Source: an uncultured delta proteobacterium (lineage in GTDB: Bacteria > Myxococcota_A > Polyangia > Polyangiales > Polyangiaceae). From it: 64,000 nt of DNA. Below the pieces are notes generated by a model, which was given only the letters and a program-made list of their open reading frames with translations, was not told where the DNA came from and did no database searches. A program made the position numbers and the translations under genes. Below, piece after piece: positions 9,193-19,272 of the stretch (the stretch's first letter is position 1; each line of letters begins with the position of its first letter). The DNA is taken from positions 4,768,001-4,832,000 of the forward strand of contig CAWDXG010000004.1 in assembly GCA_963806225.1 (NCBI GenBank), in the 5' to 3' direction.

Positions 9193-9832
9193 GAGTAGCT
9201 CCTGTTCTCCCAGTATCAGGACACAAGGACCGGCATCACTCCGGGCATCCTCACGTCTTGCCTGATGAAAAGGCTACTTTGCCGGTGCTCTGTGCGCAAG
9301 GCGCGGCTGGTCAGGCTCGCTGTGAACGTCATCGGGCCGAGAATTGCGTCCCCTTTTCCGCGCTGCCCAGCGTTGGCCCTCGCGCACTCCAACTGATTCC
9401 TCGCGCGATTGCGTGCCGGAGAGCGGCGGCTGCTCGACAAGTCCGGCAACGTGCAGCAGGTGGACGTATCGATGCTCCCTGTGGAGTGGAGGGCGAGCCG
9501 GCTCTCGCGCTCCAGGCATGCTAGCGCCCCATCGCGACACCAGGCCGAGCTGCGACCCCTTCGCCGTGTTCGTCTGGACCTCGAGCAGCTACAACCACCG
9601 CATCGAACGTTGACATGTAAGGAGGCGGCGGCGACCCGTGCTCGAATTGCCTGTCGTCATGCCACGGGCTGCCGTCCTGTTGTGTGCATGGACGAGTGCG
9701 GCGGCTCCTGCTGAGCGACTCCGCGTTCCTCCGCACGCCGCCTCCCGAAGACCGCATCGGCTTCGCTCCGGTCGGCGCGCTTCCGGCCGGGCACCTTCCG
9801 CGCCGCGGCTTGTCGGCGTATATCTGGCAGAT

Positions 9833-10396
9833 ATGGCGGAGAGCAGGGTTCGCGCGAACTACGTCAAGTACGCCATCGTGCGCGTCAAGACCCTGCCCGA
9901 GCCGGAGCGTGAGGCGGTGTTCAAGGTCCTGGGCGCTACGCGGGACGAGATCCGCTCGGCGGGGCTTCTGGCGTGGACGCCCATGCGCCTCTATGCCGAT
10001 CTGGTCGATGCGACGCGCAGCGCGCTCGGCAGCCGCGGTGCGCGGGACTTCTGGCGCGATACGATGGTGAGCAGTTTCGAGCGCCAGCTGTTGAAGCCGC
10101 TGGTGGAAGGCGCGCTTCGCCTGTACGGGCGTGCTCCGACCAGTCTGCTCAGGCGCACGCCACAGGCGTGGTCGCTGGTGTCACGGCACGGCGGCCGGAT
10201 CCATCTGGAAGGCGATCACCGCGTCCACTTCGACGACCTGCCGTTCGTGCTGCGGAAGGGTGGGGGGATTGTCGATTCGATGGCAGGCAACTGCGAAGCC
10301 ATCCTCGAGTACCTGGCGCGTCAGGGCAGCGTGACCGCTCACGACGAAGAGCTCATCCACGGCCGGATCTGGTTCGACGTGGATTGGCAGGACTAG
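9833..10396 (+). CDS. Hypothetical protein (myxobacterial DUF2378-like)
   Basis: MAESRVRANY...LAWTPMRLY...FDVDW pattern; high GC3. Confidence 0.6.
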   Translation: MAESRVRANYVKYAIVRVKTLPEPEREAVFKVLGATRDEIRSAGLLAWTPMRLYADLVDATRSALGSRGARDFWRDTMVSSFERQLLKPLVEGALRLYGRAPTSLLRRTPQAWSLVSRHGGRIHLEGDHRVHFDDLPFVLRKGGGIVDSMAGNCEAILEYLARQGSVTAHDEELIHGRIWFDVDWQD

Positions 10397-10567
10397 GCGA
10401 CGCAAGGGCCGTCTCGACGGCCGATTGGGGCACCGTTCACATGGCCGGGGGACTGTGCGAACCTGCAGGAGCATGGGAAGTGGCTGTGGCTGGCTGGGCT
10501 GCGCGTGGCGCGTCGAGGCGGGGCCTCGCGCTGTACAATGGACGCGCCCTTTGTTGGAGGGCGTCGG

Positions 10568-12187
10568 GTGAGCGAAGACCACGTGGACGAGGCAGCGCCG
10601 GAAGACGGCGCGAGCGCAAGTGAACCCACGCTCGCCCAGCGCCTGGTGCAGGCTCTCACCGAGGCCGGCACGCTGAGCGGCGATGCGGAGGCGCTCGTTC
10701 CGCTGCACGAAGCCTTCGATCACGTGCTCGTGCGGCGCTTCGGAGCGTCGCAGCAGATCGTGTGCATCGTCGAATGCGTCCGCGATGCCGCGCGCGCCTG
10801 CCCGCTCGATCGGGACGAGTTGGTCGAGATCGGCAGGCGCTACCACGCAGAAGAGCGTCTCGGCATGATGCGCGCGCTGCACGTGTGCGTCTACGAAGTG
10901 GGGCGCGCGCAGAGCTCGCCGGACGACCACGCGCGCCTCGCACCACTGAAGAAGCGCGGCGGCCAGCCCTTCCTCAGCGCGTGGACGCTCGACGCCGAAG
11001 CGCCGCTGTGGACGAACGCGCCGCTCGGCGGCATGACGTACGGCCGCGAACAGCTCGAGCGCCTGCTCGCCGCGGCCGGCGCCCCCTCCGCGGCGGCGCC
11101 GCCTCTGCCCGGCGGGCAGCGCTTCCCGGTGGTGACGCTCGGGCTCTTGATCGCGCTGCTCGTGGTGTTTCTGTTCCAGATGCAGCGGGCGGGCTGGAGC
11201 GGCAGATTCGAACCACAGCAGCTGGTGGCAGACGGCGGCGTGATGCGCTCGTTGGTCGTCGTGAGCCACGAGTGGTGGCGGCTGTTCACCGCGCCGCTCC
11301 TGCACGGCGGCGTGATGCACATCCTCTTGAACGGCATCGCGCTGGCCATGGCGGGCTTCTTCCTGGAGCGGCTTGTGGGGCGCGTCTGGCTGTTCGCGCT
11401 GTTCGTCATCGGCGCGCTCGGCGGTTCGCTCCTCTCGGTACTGGTCAGTCCCGCGCACGTCGTCTCGGTCGGCGCTTCGGGCGCGATCATGGCGCTGTTC
11501 GCCGCCGGCATGGTCGTCGCCATGCGCCTTCCCGCCGGCTCGGTGCGCACGCGCGTACAGATGCGTCTGGGGCAGGTGCTGGTACCGTCGCTGCTCCCCC
11601 TCGCGAGCCATGGCGCGGATATCGGCAAGATCGACTACGGCGCGCACTTCGGTGGCGCGATCGCCGGCGTCGTAGCGGGCTACGTGCTCTACAAGTCGTG
11701 GCAGCGCGAGCGGTCAGAGCCGCCCGGTGAGCTGCTCGCGCGTGGCATCTCGTTTTCGGGCGCAGCGCTGTTCGCCGTCGGGCTCGTGTTCGCGCACCGC
11801 GCGGCGCCGCGCTATCTGCTCCTGAAGGAGCTTGCCCCCCAGAACGAGCTGCCGAAGACCATGGCCGGATGGCAGGCGCGCGAAGATGCGCTGATCGCCA
11901 AGTATCCCCACGATCCGCTGCTACGTGTGATGCGCGCTGGACGCGAGATCGACGCGCAGGCCTTCGGGGCGGCGGAGCGCGACGCGCGCGCCGCGCTCCG
12001 CGAGAAGCAGTTGCTCGCCGGGTACTTCAAGCCCGAGTTGGCGCTGCGGGGTCACGCCCTCCTCGGTCTCGCGCTTGAAGGCCAGGGTCGCCTCGACGAA
12101 GCGCGCGAGGCCGCGCGTCCGGCGTGCGGGCCTTCCTCGGTGTCCCAGGTAGTTCGGATCCTGCGCGCCCAGGGTCTGTGCGACTGA
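10568..12187 (+). CDS. Rhomboid-family intramembrane serine protease with C-terminal TPR-like region
   Basis: WWRLFTAPLLH, HILLN, VGASGAI, AHFGG motifs; GGAGG RBS before GTG. Confidence 0.9.
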   Translation: MSEDHVDEAAPEDGASASEPTLAQRLVQALTEAGTLSGDAEALVPLHEAFDHVLVRRFGASQQIVCIVECVRDAARACPLDRDELVEIGRRYHAEERLGMMRALHVCVYEVGRAQSSPDDHARLAPLKKRGGQPFLSAWTLDAEAPLWTNAPLGGMTYGREQLERLLAAAGAPSAAAPPLPGGQRFPVVTLGLLIALLVVFLFQMQRAGWSGRFEPQQLVADGGVMRSLVVVSHEWWRLFTAPLLHGGVMHILLNGIALAMAGFFLERLVGRVWLFALFVIGALGGSLLSVLVSPAHVVSVGASGAIMALFAAGMVVAMRLPAGSVRTRVQMRLGQVLVPSLLPLASHGADIGKIDYGAHFGGAIAGVVAGYVLYKSWQRERSEPPGELLARGISFSGAALFAVGLVFAHRAAPRYLLLKELAPQNELPKTMAGWQAREDALIAKYPHDPLLRVMRAGREIDAQAFGAAERDARAALREKQLLAGYFKPELALRGHALLGLALEGQGRLDEAREAARPACGPSSVSQVVRILRAQGLCD

Positions 12188-12203
12188 GCGCGCCCCGGCT
12201 CGG

Positions 12204-13710
12204 CTACAAGAGCTCGTCCACCAGCTCCATCCCCGCTCCCACCGTTCCAGCGATGCTCGGAAACCCTGCCGAGGCATTGACGACCCACAGGTTATCGAGC
12301 GGTGTCTCGAACGGGATGCGTTTGCGCACGTTCAGCGGTGTCAGCGCCGAGCCGTACGCATTTCCGGAAGGGGCCCAGCAGTAGCGTTCGTTGGTGGCGG
12401 GGGTGCCGGTGATGGCCTTGACGATGTGGCGCGACAGGCCGGGGACGTAGCAGTCCTCGACGACCCCTACGATGCGGTCGCGGATGCGTTTCTTTTCCCG
12501 GTGGTAGCTCCGGGGATCGCGGTCGCGGAGCTCCTTGAACGGGGCGTAGGCGGCACTGGTGGCAAGCTCGAGGATTCTGGGTGCCGGGCGGGCAGAGGCC
12601 GGGCTCACCGGTGTGTAGCGTAGGCGTCGACATGAACAGCCAGGGGTCATCGAGCGTTCCGGGACCCTGCTGGCGGCGGTAGAGGACGTTCAGGTCATCG
12701 TGCGGGTAGTGCCAGACGTTGAAAGATCCGAAACCGTGGTCGCGCAGATCCAGGCCGCGCAGGCCGAGGTAGACGGTGACGGTGCTGGACGAGTAGGCGT
12801 AGTCGAGCTTCTCGACGTAGCGCTCCGGCAGCGCGCGCTCGCCGACGAGCGCGGCCGTCTGGCGTGGGTCGGCGTTGGAGATGTAGCGCTCGGCCCGGAA
12901 CGTCTCGCCCGCCTTCGTGCGGACGCCGACCACGCGACCTCGTTCCACCAGGATGCGTTCGACCTCGGTCTCGAGCAGCAGCCGGCAGCCGGGCTGTTCG
13001 CGGATGTAATCGGCGATACTGCCGATGAAGTGCTGGTAGTGCTTCTCGGGGTAGTAGGCGCCGCGGTCGTAGCCGCGGACGAGCGCGACGTGCAGAAGCA
13101 GCGAGACGTCCGCCGGCGGGAGCAGGTAGTCGCCGGCCTGCCCGGCCAGCACGGCCTGCAGGCGCTGCGGCATGCGCACGCGGTCGTAGAGCTGCTGCAG
13201 CGTCCAGCCCTGGTAGCGGAGCAGGTGCGGAAAGCGCAGCGGCGCGGCGGCGTAGTCGCGCCAGCCGGGCGTGTGCGGCATCGCGTCGAGCTCGCTGCCG
13301 ATGGCCATGATCGTGCGGAAGTAGCGGCGCAGCGGCTCGGCGGCGTCGGGGAAGCGGCGGATGAGCCGGTCGCGGAACTTCTCCAGGCCATTGGGAATGC
13401 GGTAGCGCTCGCCCGCGACCACGACGTGGTCGAAGCCTTCCGGGTCGAGGCGGTGGAAGCGCACCTGTTCGTGCAGGTCGAGCTGGCGCAGAAGCTCGTG
13501 CACCGGCTCGCCCTCGCCGCAGTTGAAGATGTAGTGCACCTGCGCGCAGAAGCGGAAAGCCCCCATCTGGAACGTGTGCGCGTAGCCGCCCGGCGTGTCG
13601 TGCGCTTCCAGCACCACGACGCGCCGTCCCTGCCGCGCCAGCAGCGCGGCCGCGGTGAGCCCGGCCATGCCGGCACCGATCACAAGATCGTCGAAGTCGT
13701 CCGCGGACAT
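12204..13710 (-). CDS. Phytoene dehydrogenase-like FAD oxidoreductase, +1 frameshift near 12575
   Basis: IGAGMAGLTAA..LA..G..V.VLE....GG dinucleotide-binding motif; C-terminus TPATNERY..G.AYG continues in another frame. Confidence 0.85.
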
Positions 13711-13817
13711 GCGCGGGCGAGCCTAGACCGGACGCTGTGGGATGCCGAGGTCCGGCGCTGCCTTGGTGATTTCGCGCCGCCTTTCGCGCGAGAGCGCGGA
13801 CGCGGACGCGGACGCGG

Positions 13818-14468
13818 TCACGGGCAGACGTGTACGGGTACCTTGCCGCCGCTGACGTTGCCGCCGGAGACAGGGTCGAGCTGGATGGCGCCGGTCGAGC
13901 CCGGGGCTGTTGGAGCGCTCAGTACCTCGACGTGGCCCGTGTAGCGTTCGGCGTGGCCGTCGATCAGGCTCAGGTTCGTGAAGGGCGATTTCGAGCCGCG
14001 CTTCCAGTCCACGGACACGCTCGTGTGCCGACCCTGGCGCGTCGTGCAATCCACCTGCGATTCGAACAGGATCAGCGTGTGGCCGCTGGGCGCGTTTGAA
14101 GGCACCAGGAGCGCCGAGTGCACGACGAGCGCGGGCGACGGCGTCGCGAACGACGAGCCGCTCCCGAACGTCACCGAGCCACCGAAGGTCACGCCGGCGT
14201 CGCCGGTGCCGAAGTGCGACGAGCCGCTGAACGACACTCGCGCGCCGCCGTCGACACTTGCATCGGGTGCACGCTGCGGCTGCACTCCCTCGGCGACGCG
14301 GGGCGCGCCGCCGTCGCCTGCCGGCGCGGGAGGTGCGCTCGCGTCCGCGCCCGGCGGCGGCACTTCGAGGACGGCCGCAGTCTTGGGCGATTGGGCCGCC
14401 GGCTGCGACGCGCCGCGCGGCGTGCACGCAACGGCCAGGAGCGCTAGCCACGCTATCGAGTGGTGCAT
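13818..14468 (-). CDS. Hypothetical lipoprotein
   Basis: Lipobox AVAC, low-complexity linker. Confidence 0.6.
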   Translation of the reverse strand: MHHSIAWLALLAVACTPRGASQPAAQSPKTAAVLEVPPPGADASAPPAPAGDGGAPRVAEGVQPQRAPDASVDGGARVSFSGSSHFGTGDAGVTFGGSVTFGSGSSFATPSPALVVHSALLVPSNAPSGHTLILFESQVDCTTRQGRHTSVSVDWKRGSKSPFTNLSLIDGHAERYTGHVEVLSAPTAPGSTGAIQLDPVSGGNVSGGKVPVHVCP

Positions 14469-14522
14469 GCCGACGGGCTACCCGCCGGTTTCGACGCCGT
14501 CAAGCGGCCGCGCCTGCCCGGC

Positions 14523-14894
14523 CTAGTTCCCGTTCCGGCACACCATGTGGTTCGACTTTTCGAGGCACTGGTAGCCGGCGCGGGTGCAGTCGGTGTTGCT
14601 GTTGCACGTCTGGTAGCAGACGGCGCTGATGCCCGAGTTCGGCGGCACGCCGCTCGCGTCGTCGATGCACACCGAGCCGGCCGGGCAGCTGTTGGGATCG
14701 GTCAGCGAGCAGCCCTGTGTGCAGTATCCACCGGGAAAGTCCTGGCTCTTGGCGCACAGGCCGCTCGCGCAGTCCCCGCCGCTCGCGCAGCCGCCGCCCG
14801 GCTGCGCCGTGCCCATGCCGCCGGATCCGGAGCTGCCGCATGCCACGAGGGAAAAGCCGAGGAACAGGAAGAGAGACGAGAGGATTCTGCGCAA
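14523..14894 (-). CDS. Small Cys-rich lipoprotein
   Basis: GGAGG followed by TTG start; LVAC lipobox; FPGGYCT..C...CP.GS.C motif. Confidence 0.7.
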   Translation of the reverse strand: MRRILSSLFLFLGFSLVACGSSGSGGMGTAQPGGGCASGGDCASGLCAKSQDFPGGYCTQGCSLTDPNSCPAGSVCIDDASGVPPNSGISAVCYQTCNSNTDCTRAGYQCLEKSNHMVCRNGN

Positions 14895-15041
14895 GGGAGC
14901 CTCCAGGAGTTTCCGAGCCGGGTTCTCGATATCAGTACCCGCTGCCCGCCCAGAGCAGGCAGGCGCCGGCGCTTGACGGACGTGGTCGGCGCAGATAGCC
15001 ATGGAGCGGCCGTTTTGGCACTGACTGGGAACTCTTGATCG

Positions 15042-15764
15042 ATGGCACAGAACCCTCCGGGCCCGCCGGGTGCACCGCCCGGCGGCGGTTATCCGCCGCC
15101 TCCGCCGGGCGGCGGCTATCCGCCTGCTCCTGCCGGCGGCGGCTATCCGCAGCAGGCGCAGGACCCCTACGCGGCCGAGCGCGCGCTGAACGAGTGGGCG
15201 CAGGCGAAGGGCTACGCGCTCGGCAACACCCCGGACCTCGCCTGGTACCAGGGCTGGGCTCCGTTCGTGTATCTGCCGCGGCTTGCGCGCGTGGGGCGCG
15301 AGCTCCGCGTCGAGATGGGCGATGCGCGCGCCTTCATTGTCGAGGGCTATGAAGCCGACGCGGTCAAGCAGGCGGCCGGCGAGGATCGCTGTCTGTGCTC
15401 CTTCGTGATGTCGCAGCGGCTCGCCGCACGCGCGGCCATCCGATCGAAGACGGGCGGCGGCGTGGTCAACGAGATCAAGAGCGGCTTCGGCTCGCTGTTC
15501 TCGAGCGGCAGCGCCGGCGGCGTGCTCGGCGACCCGACGTTCGAGGGCCGCTTCGACGTCTCCACCCCGTCCCGCGAAGAGGGCAACCGTGCGCTGCCGA
15601 TGCCGCTCCGCCAGCACCTGCTGCAGTACAACTGGCGCGGCATCCTCGAGACGCGCCCGGGCGGCATGGCAGCGCAGATGTACGACGCGACGAGCTTCAA
15701 CGTCCAGACGCTGGAATGGACGCTCTCGACGCTCGGCTATCTGTACCAGCTCGCTGCCGGGTAG
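15042..15764 (+). CDS. Hypothetical protein with Pro/Gly-rich N-terminus
   Basis: GGGYPP repeats followed by a globular region; high GC3. Confidence 0.7.
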   Translation: MAQNPPGPPGAPPGGGYPPPPPGGGYPPAPAGGGYPQQAQDPYAAERALNEWAQAKGYALGNTPDLAWYQGWAPFVYLPRLARVGRELRVEMGDARAFIVEGYEADAVKQAAGEDRCLCSFVMSQRLAARAAIRSKTGGGVVNEIKSGFGSLFSSGSAGGVLGDPTFEGRFDVSTPSREEGNRALPMPLRQHLLQYNWRGILETRPGGMAAQMYDATSFNVQTLEWTLSTLGYLYQLAAG

Positions 15765-15769
15765 TTCGA

Positions 15770-16804
15770 TCAGCGCGGGCCGACGTACGACGGGAATTGC
15801 ACGTCGCGCTTGTCGACGAACGCGTGGTCCATCACGTTGCAGTGGTCGGCGATGCCCGGCAGCGCGAGGATCATGGCGTACTGCTGGCCAAGTCGGTGCA
15901 GCACGCGCACGCGGAGCGGCTTTCCGCGGGGAACAGTCGCCCAGACGCCGCGGCCCCGCTCGGCGAAGATGCGTGCCCCCGGCTGGATGACAACGGGTCC
16001 CTCGAAGGTGCCGGACGACCCGATGAAGTCGCGTGCCACGCCGCAGCCGCTGCCGTAGCCGCTGCGCGAGAGCAGGTGGACTGGCTCGACCTGCTCCACG
16101 CTGGTGCGAGGCACCCAGCCGGTGACCCTGGCGCCGCTCCTGTAGCGGAGCTCGACGGAGAGCTCGGTCGGGCGCTCGGCGAGCAGACGGAGATAGATCG
16201 AAGTGGGGTCGCCGAGCTTCAGCACGACCTTCCTGCCCGCGCCGGGCCACTGGAAGAGCGACAGCTCGTGCCCGCGCGGGCTCACGTACCTCGTCTTCGG
16301 GGAGAGCCGGATGTTGCTGTGCGCGCGCGCGCGATCCGAGACGTTGAGCGCCGCGCAGGACAGCGGCTGATCGGTCGCCACGACTTGGTCGATGACGTAC
16401 GGCTTCTTTTTCTTGTCGAGCTTCTGGGTCTGCTCGAACACGACGTTGCCGACTGCGTGCCCGCCCTGGGTGCGCAGGTGATCCACCACGGTGCCCTTGA
16501 CGAGCGTCACGAGTCCGCCGGGCGTGATGACCCGCCAGCGCGCGACGTAGCCGACCTCGGCGGCTTCGCCCTCGAACTCGATGGGTGCGACGACGTGCAC
16601 GGTGGACGCCGCACCGCGCTGCGTCGGGGGAGCGACGCTCAGCGGGACGCCGCTGAGCTTGACGTCGAACGTCTGGACGCCTTTCGGGTGCACCGTCACG
16701 GCGTGGATGCGCCCCGCCCGGCTGTGGACGCGGCATTTCTGCCCCGCTGGGCCGCCTAGCGAGGCGCCGAGCGCAAGCGCGAGGACCCAGGAGGACACGC
16801 CCAT
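15770..16804 (-). CDS. Hypothetical secreted protein
   Basis: Hydrophobic N-terminus; coding-like codon bias. Confidence 0.6.
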   Translation of the reverse strand: MGVSSWVLALALGASLGGPAGQKCRVHSRAGRIHAVTVHPKGVQTFDVKLSGVPLSVAPPTQRGAASTVHVVAPIEFEGEAAEVGYVARWRVITPGGLVTLVKGTVVDHLRTQGGHAVGNVVFEQTQKLDKKKKPYVIDQVVATDQPLSCAALNVSDRARAHSNIRLSPKTRYVSPRGHELSLFQWPGAGRKVVLKLGDPTSIYLRLLAERPTELSVELRYRSGARVTGWVPRTSVEQVEPVHLLSRSGYGSGCGVARDFIGSSGTFEGPVVIQPGARIFAERGRGVWATVPRGKPLRVRVLHRLGQQYAMILALPGIADHCNVMDHAFVDKRDVQFPSYVGPR

Positions 16805-16890
16805 GCCCCGACCAGACAGCTCCCGGGCCGCAGAGTTCCCCGGCCGGAGCAGGCTCCCATCCGCCCCGGCTTCGGATATGCTCCGCGGCC

Positions 16891-18354
16891 ATGAGGCTTC
16901 GCTGGGTGCTGCCGGTCCCGTTGGTTTGTCTTTTCGCGCTGGGGTCGGGCTGCGGAGGACCGCAGATTGGCGGCTCGCATTCGAGCAGCGGATTGATCAA
17001 CGACACCGCCGTCGGCAAGGCGCGCTGCGAGGACGCCAAGCACCACCAGCTCAAGCCGTTCGTGGTCGAGTGGGACGCAACCGACCTGTCGGACTTCGAG
17101 GCGAAGGCCGCGCGCGACATCGTATTCGTCGACTACGAGGGCTGCGACCTGACGGTGCTCGACGGCTGCTCGGACAGCTCCATCCCCGGTCGCTACGGCA
17201 CCTACCAGCCCCCGCAGTTCACGAGCGGCACGCTGGAGGGCTTCGACATCAAGAACGAGGACCAGCTGTACGCCAACCTGCCGCTCGGCGCGGCGGCATT
17301 CGGCGCCAAGGTGAAGCACGGCGAGGCGCTCAAGCTGTCGTATTACGTCACCGGCATGGTCACCGCCACGCGCGACACCGTCGCGCACGACACGATCGCG
17401 AAGAACCCGCAGTGCAAGGGCGCCAACTACTTCGTGTGGGCCTACAACCTGGGCGCGTTCGATCTTTCCTCGGTGAACGACACCAAGGCCGCCGTCAAGG
17501 CCGGCTTCGGTAACATCGGCGGCGGTGCCGAGCACGAGCACGAGGCGAAGAACCTCAAGCAGGGGGGCGATCTCGAAAGCTGCAAGACCAACTCGCAGAC
17601 CCACTGTCGCGTGCCGATCCGGCTGGTGCTTCGCAAGATCGGCGAGGGCGGAGCCGAGGGCGGCGACGTGGCGGGCTCCGCGGCTCCCGCGCCGCCGCCG
17701 AACTACCAGAACACGCCGCAGGGCCAGGCTTCGGCCCTGCGCGCCTCGGCGCGCAACAAGGAGCAGAACGCCGGCGACGGCGCCGGCTGCCTGGCGGATC
17801 TCGATCGCGCCGACCGCATCGATCCGAGCGGCTCGCACGCGCCCCAGGTCGCGTACACGCGTGCGCTGTGCGAGATGCGCGTCGGCAAGTGCGACGACGG
17901 CAAGAAGCTCCTGCGCGACTACCTGAAGGCCCAGGACAAGGAGCATGCACAGACCGACGCCCAGCTCGACCAGTCGGTGAAGGTGATGGCGGACGCGAAG
18001 TGCCCGAGCTCGGAAGGCAAGCCCGACCAGCAGGTGCGCCGCGCCATGGCGCGCATCGCGGAGGCCGCGCAGAAGAAGAACGCCGAGGCGTGCCTCGAGG
18101 AAGCGCGCCGCATCGAGAAGCTCATCCCGCGCATCCCGACGAAACCGAACCCGAACGCGCGCAACATGGCCAACGCCGTGCTGATGCAGGCCGCGGTGTG
18201 TGTCGGCAAGGCCGGGCGCTGCAAGGAAGCGCGAAAGCTCTACGATCGCTACTACCACCTGCAGTTCAAAGGCACGATGAGCGAGCAGGCCATCCGCTCG
18301 GCCGAGGACCAGACGTTCTCCAGCACCGTCCGCGAGTGCGCCGGCAAGAAGTAG
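16891..18354 (+). CDS. Hypothetical lipoprotein with C-terminal helical, Cys-containing repeats
   Basis: Lipobox GSGC; PFVVEWDATD motif; strong codon bias. Confidence 0.8.
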   Translation: MRLRWVLPVPLVCLFALGSGCGGPQIGGSHSSSGLINDTAVGKARCEDAKHHQLKPFVVEWDATDLSDFEAKAARDIVFVDYEGCDLTVLDGCSDSSIPGRYGTYQPPQFTSGTLEGFDIKNEDQLYANLPLGAAAFGAKVKHGEALKLSYYVTGMVTATRDTVAHDTIAKNPQCKGANYFVWAYNLGAFDLSSVNDTKAAVKAGFGNIGGGAEHEHEAKNLKQGGDLESCKTNSQTHCRVPIRLVLRKIGEGGAEGGDVAGSAAPAPPPNYQNTPQGQASALRASARNKEQNAGDGAGCLADLDRADRIDPSGSHAPQVAYTRALCEMRVGKCDDGKKLLRDYLKAQDKEHAQTDAQLDQSVKVMADAKCPSSEGKPDQQVRRAMARIAEAAQKKNAEACLEEARRIEKLIPRIPTKPNPNARNMANAVLMQAAVCVGKAGRCKEARKLYDRYYHLQFKGTMSEQAIRSAEDQTFSSTVRECAGKK

Positions 18355-18376
18355 GCTTCCGGGGCCCGTCTCTCGA

Positions 18377-18396
18377 CCGCTCGAGGTCTCGAGCGG
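18377..18396. other. Perfect inverted repeat (hairpin or operator) upstream of the candidate selenoprotein gene
   Basis: ccgctcgag-gt-ctcgagcgg. Confidence 0.45.
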
Positions 18397-18433
18397 GCTT
18401 CCGCTTGCGGTGCCGCGGCTGCATGATGGGTCC

Positions 18434-19171
18434 GTGATCCGTCTCACGGCTCTCATCGCCTCGGCCGGCCTGTCGCTCGTTGTGATCGGCGCGGCGCGGC
18501 CGGCCCACGCCTGAGGGCTCGCGGCGCCCGTCGGTCCGACGGGCTGCGAGGGTGGAGCGAACGACCAGGGCGCCGCGTGGATGGTCGGTGCCGGCTACGC
18601 GCACGTGTGGTCCGACCTGCGCTTCAATGGCGCGGAGAACTACCAGCTCCAGCAGGATTCAATCGTCGGGTCCTTCGGGCGGCGCTTCGACAAGCGCGTC
18701 TCGCTGCGCCTCTCGGCCGGCGCGCTGCTCGGCGGACACATGAGCGGCGAGGGCTACGACTACGATCTCGCGCCCGGTTGGATTGTTGCGGTCAGCGGCT
18801 CGTACCAGCTCTTCGGCGATCCCGGCCGTGTGCCGTTCCTCGTCGCGACGCTCACTTTCGGCACGTCCGGGACGCACTCGACCCAGCGCGGCGGCAGCGA
18901 GCGGACCTCGTTCTCCACCACCGATCTGCGCGTCGGCGTCATGTTCGGCTACACGCTGTGGAAGCGCGTGAGCCCCTACGCGGCGGTGCGCGGGTTCGGC
19001 GGACCGGTGGCGTGGCACCACGCCGGGCTCCCGTACACCGGCACCGATCGCCACCACTACACGCTCGGCGGCGGCGTCAGCGTGTCGCTGCCGCTCGGTC
19101 TCGATGTGCGCGTGGACGGGTCCGCTCTCGGGGAGCGCAGCGTGTCGGCCGGCCTTGCGCTTTCGCTGTAG
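18434..19171 (+). CDS. Exported beta-barrel-like protein with in-frame UGA at codon 27, candidate selenoprotein
   Basis: GTG start gives signal peptide MIRLTALIASAGLSLVVIGAARPAHA, then TGA (18512-18514), then the same frame as ORF 18581-19171 with amphipathic beta-strands. Confidence 0.75.
18515..18550 (+). promoter_or_regulatory. Putative bacterial SECIS element
   Basis: CTCGCG-GC-GCCCGTC-GGTCC-GACGGGC-TGCGAG hairpin; apical GGU starts 19 nt after the UGA. Confidence 0.7.
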
Positions 19172-19272
19172 AGCGATACCGCCCGGTCGTTCAGTGGTTG
19201 CCCGCAAGTGGCCGGATCCACGAAAGAATTCGCTTCCTGTTCAGGCACGGCCCAGTGGTTATGATACCGCCA

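Noticed and set aside
9200..9830. 630-bp gap that might hold an ncRNA or small gene
   Set aside because: No convincing ORF, RNA family motif or repeat was recognised.
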